Assembly (NCBI GenBank): GCA_964366325.1
Contig: CAYITD010000001.1
Location: 41,922-105,921, forward strand
Direction of reading: 5' to 3'
Source: Candidatus Woesearchaeota archaeon
GTDB lineage: Archaea; Nanobdellota; Nanobdellia; Pacearchaeales; GW2011-AR1
DNA length: 64,000 nucleotides
In this document: positions 57,991 through 64,000 of the stretch, in pieces
How the letters are laid out: every line of letters starts with the position of its first letter
How positions within the stretch are numbered: position 1 is the stretch's first letter
The notes under the pieces: generated by a model
Told to the model about the DNA's origin: nothing
Seen by the model: the letters and a program-made list of their open reading frames with translations, nothing else
Database searches by the model: none
Position numbers and translations under genes: made by a program

Positions 57991-58802
57991 TTTCTAAAAT
58001 AATCCTCCCATAAAATTATTTCTTTTTCATCTAGGGGAATTTCCTTTAAGCTTTTAAATTTGTAAAAATACAATATTTTTTCAAATTCGTGAAATTCCTC
58101 AGGAGTTCCCCAGCCAATTAATAAATCTACGTCAAATATGCAACTCTTTTTATTAAGTAATTTTAAAGCTTTTGGAAGGTTATCCAAGTAATATTCGTTA
58201 TTAGTTTTTATCTGTTTCTCCATCATAATCCTGATAGCTTCAAAAAGCGTTTTCTTAGATTTAAGCCAAAAAGTTGCAGCAACAGCATGATCATTTAAGG
58301 GATTATCTGAAATGGGTATTTTTACACTCATGTCTTTTATTGTTTTATTATCTTCTTCTAATAAAGTATACCCCCAAGCTCGAGGGTTGTTCTGGATTCT
58401 CTTGTCTTTAGTAAATGTCCAGAGGATACAATCATAATTACTTTTTTTTAATTCCTCAAATTTTTTTTTATTATAAACAAATCCCATGTCGCACCCAGTT
58501 ACAATTACTTCCTCCTCCTCATTCAAATATTGCTCTGTACAAAAAATACTTGCTCCGCCCAGTAAGTCTTTATCTACTGTAATAATTGCTTTAGGAATTT
58601 TTCTTTTAATAACTTGATCAATACCAAATTGATCAATATGCTCTTGTTTCACGACAAATATCCATTTATCGCTAGGAGGTAAACAATTTATAACTTTCCA
58701 GATCATAGGCTCTCCATCAATTGGAAGTAAAGGTTTTGGCAACAAGTATCCTTCATCTGAAAATCTTTTCCCTTTTCCAGCCATCGTAATTATATTAGCC
58801 AC
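57975..58802 (-). CDS. sugar-phosphate nucleotidyltransferase (NTP_transferase fold)
   Basis: It has ITMAGKGKRFSDEGYLLPKPLLPIDGEPMI, which matches the G.G.R...PK.L signature. Confidence 0.6.
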   Translation of the reverse strand: MANIITMAGKGKRFSDEGYLLPKPLLPIDGEPMIWKVINCLPPSDKWIFVVKQEHIDQFGIDQVIKRKIPKAIITVDKDLLGGASIFCTEQYLNEEEEVIVTGCDMGFVYNKKKFEELKKSNYDCILWTFTKDKRIQNNPRAWGYTLLEEDNKTIKDMSVKIPISDNPLNDHAVAATFWLKSKKTLFEAIRIMMEKQIKTNNEYYLDNLPKALKLLNKKSCIFDVDLLIGWGTPEEFHEFEKILYFYKFKSLKEIPLDEKEIILWEDYFRKCLRN

Positions 58803-58834
58803 AAACTCCGAAAGGAAAGTTATCTTTAAGAATT

Positions 58835-59530
58835 TTATGCTTGTCCGTAATAGCTTTTTGAACCATGCTTCCTGGAAAAATGTTTTTCTATCAAAATTGG
58901 ATCTAAGGGAGGAGTTCTAGGATTCAATGCGAGCGTGGCGAAATTGATTCTAGCTATTTCCTCTAAAGCTATCGCCACTTCGAGTGTTTCTTTAACACTT
59001 CGCCCCCACAAAAATACTCCATGCCCTGGGATTAAACAAGCAGGCACATCCATTGGCGAAATTAGGTTAGTATTAAAAAACTCTACTATTGCCTTACCCG
59101 TGTTAGTTTCATAATTTGTTTGCACTTCTTCAGTCCTTAATGTTCTTACTACCGGAACTGAACCTTTAAAAAAATCTGCATGTGTTGTTCCAAAGCACTC
59201 AATCGGCTTAAGCGCCTGAGCGTGGGCAGTAGCATAGGGAGAATGAGTATGGATAACAGACCCTATTTCAGGAAATCCATTATAAAGTTCTAGGTGTGTT
59301 GGAAAGTCAACGCTAGCCCTATCATATTTGCCTTTATGTTTTATTTCTCCAGAGGTGTCCAAGTAAATAATATCTTGATCTTCCAACGCACTAAAATCAA
59401 CTCCGCTAGGTTTTATTCCAATAATTCCATCTCTTCTATCAATTGCGCTAAGGTTACCAAAATTCAACTTCACTAAGTTTTCAGTAGCCAACCTTTGATT
59501 ACCTCTTCTTATAACCGCATTTTCTATCAT
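58835..59530 (-). CDS. araD: L-ribulose-5-phosphate 4-epimerase (class II aldolase fold)
   Basis: It is collinear by eye with E. coli AraD, sharing GNLSAIDR, IKPSGVDF, FPTHLELY, VIHTHSPYAT, GTTHADFF, LEE and KHGSKSYYGQ. Confidence 0.85.
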   Translation of the reverse strand: MIENAVIRRGNQRLATENLVKLNFGNLSAIDRRDGIIGIKPSGVDFSALEDQDIIYLDTSGEIKHKGKYDRASVDFPTHLELYNGFPEIGSVIHTHSPYATAHAQALKPIECFGTTHADFFKGSVPVVRTLRTEEVQTNYETNTGKAIVEFFNTNLISPMDVPACLIPGHGVFLWGRSVKETLEVAIALEEIARINFATLALNPRTPPLDPILIEKHFSRKHGSKSYYGQA

Positions 59531-60141
59531 TTTAACTTGAATTTCTTTACTAGTAAATTCGATTGCGAAATATTATATAAAGATATATGATCTAGAAAAT
59601 AACTTTCTTTCATATCATTTTTTTCAATCACATCAAAAACTCGTTTAAATTTATTTTCTTCTATAGAAGCCAAAGTAATATGTGGGATCCAATTATCTTC
59701 TATATAAGGAAAGCCATATTCTTTAATCTTCTCTCTCTCTTGTTCATTAAATTTCAGATAATCTTTAGAATTTATCAAGATCGATTTTTTTGTGTTAAAT
59801 TTGTCTATTTTTTTTATTAGGTCAATTTGAAAATTTCTTAGTTTTTTCAAGCTATTTTGGTCAAATGAACAAACTAAAGTATTATTATCAGTTAGTACGT
59901 CTTTAAAAAAAACATTAAGTCCAGTGATATTTAACTTAATCTTTTCTGTAATTAAGCTGATTTTTTCAATTTCATCTAAGAGCTCAGCTATAGATTCAGA
60001 AGTCAAAACAATTAATGTCGTATGAGGTTCTTCAGATAGATATTTTTGATCTCCAATTAGATTCCTTATGAAAGATTTTTTACTATTTATTAAATTTTTC
60101 AGTTTCAATTCAGGTTCCAAGGCTATAAAGTACTTATCCAT
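59527..60141 (-). CDS. 2H phosphoesterase superfamily protein (LigT / cyclic phosphodiesterase-like)
   Basis: It has two HxTx motifs, EPHTTLIVL and IPHITLASI, about 115 aa apart. Confidence 0.6.
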   Translation of the reverse strand: MDKYFIALEPELKLKNLINSKKSFIRNLIGDQKYLSEEPHTTLIVLTSESIAELLDEIEKISLITEKIKLNITGLNVFFKDVLTDNNTLVCSFDQNSLKKLRNFQIDLIKKIDKFNTKKSILINSKDYLKFNEQEREKIKEYGFPYIEDNWIPHITLASIEENKFKRVFDVIEKNDMKESYFLDHISLYNISQSNLLVKKFKLK

Positions 60142-62653
60142 TTTTGAATTGTTTTAAAACTTCTCTAATCTGTTCACTACTTAGATCTATATATAATTTG
60201 CCATCCTTCTTTAAAAAAAATTTAAATTGTTCTAAGTGCGGAACAGTTATTTTATACCATTCCTTTTTAGGTATTCTTAAGCTGAGTCCGATTAATATCC
60301 TTAGTACTACATTATGTGTGCAAACGGCTATGTTTCTTTCTTCTCGTACATTTATATCTGCTAAAAAAGAGTTCATTCTATTCATTACATCAAGATAATT
60401 TTCTCCTTGTGGAAACTTTGGATCTTCTCCAAGTTCCCAAGCTTTTAGCATAAACGGGTGCTTTTGCTTGATGTAATTCGGATCTTTCCCATCAGCTAAT
60501 CCATAATCTATTTCCTTTAGCCTAGAATCTAGGTTTATTTTATTAAAACCTAATTCCTTTAAAGTCCCCAAACATCTGCTCAATGGCGAAGAGACTACAA
60601 AATTAGGCTCTCCAACTATCTCTTTAAATTTATTAATTGTTTTTTTATCAAGTTTAGTTATGTTAGGATTTTGTCTTTGACCAATAAAAAGATTTTTTTT
60701 ATTTAATTTAGTCTTGGCATGTCTGAAAAAAATAATCTCTTTTGAACTATCATTAAAGTAATTCTTAAATTGAAATTCAAAGTCTTTTATAAATAATTCA
60801 AGGTTTTTCTTTATAGGTTGGAAACTTTCATAAGTATTTTTCTTTTTCATTTTTTCTAATTTTTTTATGAAGATTTCATGTTTAATTCTATTTTTTGGAA
60901 ATAATCTAAAATATAGCTTCATTGTTTTTCTTAAATCATGTCTTTTATTTTCTTTAAAGTATAATTTTAAAAAATTAGACATAAGAAAATTTGCAATGTG
61001 GTATGAAAATTCAATCTTATCCTTAACATTAGCTAATTTATATTTTTTTTCTTCTAAAATTTTATCTTTGTCAAACAAGTACTCTCTGTAGGAGATTTTA
61101 TCTGCCAATACATCAGAAAGGTATTCACTTGCGCTTCTTCTAGTATTGAAGAAATCACTTGGTTGGATCATTCTCACCTTATAAATTTCAGCCATTGATT
61201 TTTTTACAAATATAGGTGATCTTTGCCAGTCAAAACATGTAAAGGGGCTTTTCTGACAATGTTGTTTATGCAGTTGTTTATCGTAAATCATCAAGTGGAA
61301 AACTATGTTTCTTTCGTTAAATTTTAGAGGACCAAATGTATTATTAATATATATTTTATATCCATATTTTGACTCCAGTTGAGTTTTCTTCTTATTAAAA
61401 CATTCAATAATAAACTCGTATTTATCTTTTGTTAGGCTGTCAGCTATAATTACTATATCTATATCACTAATTCCTTCAAGAGAATTGCTTTCTGCAAAGC
61501 TGCCTACTAACGTTCCAGATTCAACAAAATCAATAGAGTTAATAGTTTCTTTGATACCTTCAATTATGTCTTTTCTAAGTTCATCCCTTATGTCTCTATA
61601 TCTAGCGCTAGTTTTTAATTCCATAAAAGATTTAATTGGATTGTCTGAAGAAAATAAACTTGAAGCTGCTACGATATATTTTGCAGAGATTTGTGGTATA
61701 TTTGTAGGTTTTACTCCACCATCAAAGATTATATCAAATGAATGAGTCTTCTGCAACTCTCTTAGTTCTTTAAGTTTGTCTAGTGCAGATACTTCAAGGC
61801 CTTGTCCAGATTTCCCTAGGGTTTTTATTCCCATAACCTGCACAAATTCGATATTTTTTATATAAGGCATCAAATCTTTAATTTTTGATTCATAGCCCAA
61901 GATAATGCCGCATTTTTTCTTATTGATCTTACAAAATTCAATAATTTCATTTAAATTATCCTCAATTTCTAAATGGAACAAAATTATGTCAACATAAGGG
62001 TAAACTTTTTTTATCCATTCAAAAGGTTTTTTAGACATAACATGAAACATTTTTTTTAATGCCCAGGTTTTATTAATTTCTTTTATTAAAGACAAGTCAA
62101 CTTCACTACATTCCTTATTTATTGTTTCATCTACCAAGTCAATATGTATAAAATCGCAATAGTACTTGATTTTAGAGTAAGCTTCCTCAATTGATTGGTT
62201 CTTTGCTAGATAAATGGCTATACCTACATTTTTCATAAAATTAAAAGTTATTTTTCTATGCGCTAAATAACTAGCCATAAAAATTACAGAAGCAGTTGCA
62301 AATCTTAAGGTGGTGTAATCAACATTAAATTTTCGTGAAATCAATCCCATAATTATAAAATTCAAAATTAAAGAAATAGTAGATATTGTAGAAAATAAAG
62401 CAAATGTTCTAAGATTATTTTTTTTTGGCACTCTGAAGTTTAATCTTGAATTTAAAATATAACTTAGAAATAGACCTGACATAAAACCTATAGGGGCGCT
62501 GAAAATTAAAGAAACTCCAATTTTATTGAATTGACTTATTATTATTATTTCCAATAGTATCGAAAAGAAGCCAATTATTATGTAATTAAACAGATATCTA
62601 AACCTATAAATTAAAAAATTTATTCCTTTAACAATTGATTTTTTATTTACCAT
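60134..62653 (-). CDS. four-domain fusion protein: GtrA-like 4-TM module + ribulose-phosphate-3-epimerase-like TIM barrel + Pol-beta-type nucleotidyltransferase + histidine phosphatase (PGM-family)
   Basis: Residues 1-138 form the GtrA module (NSRLNFRV, AHRKITFNF). Residues 142-346 are Rpe-like (IHIDLVDE, FHVMS, VQVMGIKTLGKSGQ, IIFDGGV). Residues 375-465 are the NTase (GTLVGSFAE..GISDIDIVII). Residues 638-825 are the histidine phosphatase (IFFRHAKT, SSPLSRCLGT, EIDYGLADG, CTHNVVLR). It is a single uninterrupted 2520-nt ORF in roughly 20% GC DNA. Confidence 0.7.
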   Translation of the reverse strand: MVNKKSIVKGINFLIYRFRYLFNYIIIGFFSILLEIIIISQFNKIGVSLIFSAPIGFMSGLFLSYILNSRLNFRVPKKNNLRTFALFSTISTISLILNFIIMGLISRKFNVDYTTLRFATASVIFMASYLAHRKITFNFMKNVGIAIYLAKNQSIEEAYSKIKYYCDFIHIDLVDETINKECSEVDLSLIKEINKTWALKKMFHVMSKKPFEWIKKVYPYVDIILFHLEIEDNLNEIIEFCKINKKKCGIILGYESKIKDLMPYIKNIEFVQVMGIKTLGKSGQGLEVSALDKLKELRELQKTHSFDIIFDGGVKPTNIPQISAKYIVAASSLFSSDNPIKSFMELKTSARYRDIRDELRKDIIEGIKETINSIDFVESGTLVGSFAESNSLEGISDIDIVIIADSLTKDKYEFIIECFNKKKTQLESKYGYKIYINNTFGPLKFNERNIVFHLMIYDKQLHKQHCQKSPFTCFDWQRSPIFVKKSMAEIYKVRMIQPSDFFNTRRSASEYLSDVLADKISYREYLFDKDKILEEKKYKLANVKDKIEFSYHIANFLMSNFLKLYFKENKRHDLRKTMKLYFRLFPKNRIKHEIFIKKLEKMKKKNTYESFQPIKKNLELFIKDFEFQFKNYFNDSSKEIIFFRHAKTKLNKKNLFIGQRQNPNITKLDKKTINKFKEIVGEPNFVVSSPLSRCLGTLKELGFNKINLDSRLKEIDYGLADGKDPNYIKQKHPFMLKAWELGEDPKFPQGENYLDVMNRMNSFLADINVREERNIAVCTHNVVLRILIGLSLRIPKKEWYKITVPHLEQFKFFLKKDGKLYIDLSSEQIREVLKQFKNG

Positions 62654-63069
62654 TTTGAATTTTTAAAAGCTATAATTTTAGTCCCAAAAAAATTTATAAT
62701 TGTAAGAATAGGGAGCAAAATAAAATTGGCAAAAATAGGATTTAGGTTTAATAAATCAACAAATATTTTCAATAAAGTTATATTGAAAATTAGAGAGATT
62801 AGATAAACCAAAAAATATTTGGGAAGACTTTTATTTATTTTTTCGTTTGAGCTAAAAGTTAAAGTTTTATTGAAGCCAAAACCGAAAACAACTCCCGCCA
62901 TAAAGCCGATTCCTGCAGAAAGCAAATAATTTATGCTGAAAATCGCAAAAAATATAAGAAAAATCAGATAATTTAATACTGTACTAGTCAATCCTATTAA
63001 AACGAAAACCATGGCTTGTCTAGTTATTTCTCTTCTTAACAGCACTTTTACCATAAAAATCAATTCCAA
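62647..63069 (-). CDS. GtrA-family membrane protein
   Basis: It has 4 TM segments, with GLTSTVLNYLIF, FNKTLTFSS and TKIIAFKN. ATG at 63054 is the more likely start, with a TATA-like box 25 nt upstream. Confidence 0.75.
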   Translation of the reverse strand: MELIFMVKVLLRREITRQAMVFVLIGLTSTVLNYLIFLIFFAIFSINYLLSAGIGFMAGVVFGFGFNKTLTFSSNEKINKSLPKYFLVYLISLIFNITLLKIFVDLLNLNPIFANFILLPILTIINFFGTKIIAFKNSKW

Positions 63070-63072
63070 GTC

Positions 63073-63082
63073 TATTTATAAT
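63073..63082 (-). promoter_or_regulatory. TATA-like box for the GtrA-fusion operon
   Basis: ATTATAAATA (minus-strand reading of 63073-63082) is centred about 25 nt upstream of the ATG at 63054. Confidence 0.45.
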
Positions 63083-63261
63083 AATTATGATTATCTACTT
63101 CTTTCCAGTTTTACCTATTCAATAATTTCAATAATTAATGCTTTATATTTATACAGGATTCTTAAGAAAATTTAGAAGAAAAATACGTTGAAATTATGTG
63201 AAACTCGTAATTATTAAAATTAAACTAATTCAAATAAAATTTAGAAAATCTATCAAGTTTA

Positions 63262-63315
63262 TTGCTCGAACTAAGTTTAATACTCCACAGCTTGCTGTGT
63301 TTAGGGTTTTTATTT
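63262..63315. repeat. dispersed intergenic element, short copy
   Basis: TTGCTCGAACTAAGTTTAATACTCCACAGCTTGCTGTGTTTAGGGTTTTTATT matches both arms of the 9298-9396 element and lacks its central 40 nt or so. Confidence 0.6.
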
Positions 63316-63381
63316 AAAGGTATCAATCAGTTTTACTCAAGAAGCGAGAAAGCTTATGACGTCAAAGCAGATACTACAATT

Positions 63382-63495
63382 TCATTCAGCCTTTGTCTTA
63401 TTTGTTCTTAAGGCTCTAGACAATTTGCTCTTCTTCCATCCGCGCTTATACATCTTAGAAAGTGCGGATCTCTCTGTTTTCATATGCCTGCTCAT
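63382..63495 (-). CDS. possible 37-aa basic HTH-like mini-protein
   Basis: The inner ATG of track ORF 63382..63609 gives MSRHMKTERSALSKMYKRGWKKSKLSRALRTNKTKAE*. The TATA-like box CTTATATAG at about 63514-63522 is centred 25 nt upstream of it. Confidence 0.3.
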   Translation of the reverse strand: MSRHMKTERSALSKMYKRGWKKSKLSRALRTNKTKAE

Positions 63496-63573
63496 CACCA
63501 ATACCCATATTAAGACTATATAAGCATATTGTTTTAGCAAAAGATATTTAACGACAATTAAACTTGTCAAAAT

Positions 63574-64000
63574 ATGATAAACACCAATAAAATTGAAGAA
63601 GCGAAACAACTGATAAAAAATTCAACAAAGCCAATAATTATTAAAGCCAAAGATGATCTTTTCAACAGAAAAATTTTGGAATACGGAAAATTTGAGATTT
63701 TATTAGACATTGAATCAGGGGAAAGAAAAAGAAGTTTAAGAAATATTGATTCAGGAATGAATGAGTTTATCGCTTCAATTGCGGCAAAAAAAAATGTGGC
63801 TATAGGTATAGATTTAAACAGCTTGAGAGAATCTAACAATAAAGACAAGATAAAAAAACTAGAAGGAATTGCTCAAAATATAAAATTATGCAGAAAAGCA
63901 GGAGCAAAAATAAAAATTATTAATTATAAAGATAAAAAAAACGCATTAGCTTTTATGCTTTCTCTTGGCTCTTCTACAAAACAAGCCACAGAGGCCGTAG
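63574..64000 (+). CDS. RNase P protein component 3 (Rpp30/Rnp3-like), 3'-truncated by the window edge
   Basis: This ORF is not in the supplied track. It is open from ATG 63574 to the window end. DSGMNEFIASIAAKKNVAIGIDLNSL resembles Pyrococcus Rpp30 [26 protein letters not shown], and the later segment KLCRKAG..I..........LSLG....QA..AV is collinear. Confidence 0.55.
   Translation, partial: MINTNKIEEAKQLIKNSTKPIIIKAKDDLFNRKILEYGKFEILLDIESGERKRSLRNIDSGMNEFIASIAAKKNVAIGIDLNSLRESNNKDKIKKLEGIAQNIKLCRKAGAKIKIINYKDKKNALAFMLSLGSSTKQATEAV

Noticed and set aside
59527-62653. I considered that the Pol-beta nucleotidyltransferase domain plus the adjacent 2H phosphoesterase form an OAS-like oligonucleotide signalling or defence module. 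The basis was that 2H enzymes can degrade 2'-5' oligoadenylates and cyclic phosphates.
   Set aside because: The nucleotidyltransferase is covalently fused to GtrA, an Rpe-like barrel and a phosphatase. It is embedded in an operon with AraD, a sugar nucleotidyltransferase and a lipid-carrier GT2. No effector such as a nuclease, TIR or TM-pore protein, and no sensor, is evident. A sugar-metabolic role is more parsimonious, though the alternative cannot be excluded from sequence alone.
63382-63848. Full-length minus-strand track ORFs 63382..63609 (75 aa) and 63567..63848 (93 aa).
   Set aside because: The plus strand from 63574 to the window end encodes an Rpp30-like protein with a convincing motif match, so 63567..63848 is its shadow. 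Only the 37-aa inner portion of 63382..63609, which has its own TATA-like box, is retained as a low-confidence feature.
1-64000. I looked for CRISPR arrays, rRNA genes, transposases, integrases and prophage modules, including beside the two tRNA genes as potential integration sites.
   Set aside because: I found no regularly spaced direct repeats, no recombinase or transposase motifs, and no duplicated tRNA 3' fragment. The only dispersed repeat is the short element at 9298-9396 and 63262-63315.

Overview
The window is AT-rich archaeal DNA, most consistent with a small-genome DPANN-type archaeon. All family calls rest on motif recognition by eye; no searches were run.

Evidence for Archaea:
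- An AglB/STT3 oligosaccharyltransferase carries the WWDYGYW motif.
- secF precedes secD.
- There is an RNase P Rpp30-like gene and an aIF5A-like mini-gene.
- The tRNAs lack an encoded CCA.
- TATA-like boxes sit about 25 nt upstream of tRNA 5' ends and of first-gene start codons, which implies leaderless mRNAs.

Layout:
- 1-18.3 kb holds mixed housekeeping and accessory genes. These include an HD hydrolase, a TPM protein, a CAP protein, tRNA-Arg(CCU) and tRNA-Gly(UCC), an orphan acyl carrier protein, secF/secD and a PAP2 phosphatase. Also here are rmlB/rmlA, two GT2 genes, a ColD/RfbH-type sugar 3-dehydratase, and rpiB and rpe split by a vapBC pair.
- 18.4-22.2 kb encodes a 1276-aa secreted M36-like metalloprotease fused to FG-GAP repeats and Cys-rich modules.
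- 22.4-28.0 kb is a tightly coupled MacB/FtsX-type ABC operon. Two pairs of unrecognised small paralogous genes are interleaved with its two permease genes.
- 28.0-63.1 kb is an unusually large, very low-GC glycosylation super-locus. It carries GT2, GT4 and GT9 transferases, gmd/fcl, methyltransferases and two MOP flippases. It also holds a compact aglB-led N-glycosylation operon, three GtrA modules and several GT-C-like membrane proteins.

The most unusual element is a seven-gene minus-strand operon at 56636-63069. It is built around an 839-aa four-domain fusion of GtrA, an Rpe-like barrel, a Pol-beta nucleotidyltransferase and a histidine phosphatase. The other genes are a 2H phosphoesterase, AraD, a sugar nucleotidyltransferase, a polyprenyl-phosphate GT2, a GDPD-like protein and a second GtrA. 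The operon is convergent with a 903-aa YfhO-like membrane protein. No CRISPR array, rRNA, transposase or integrase was seen.
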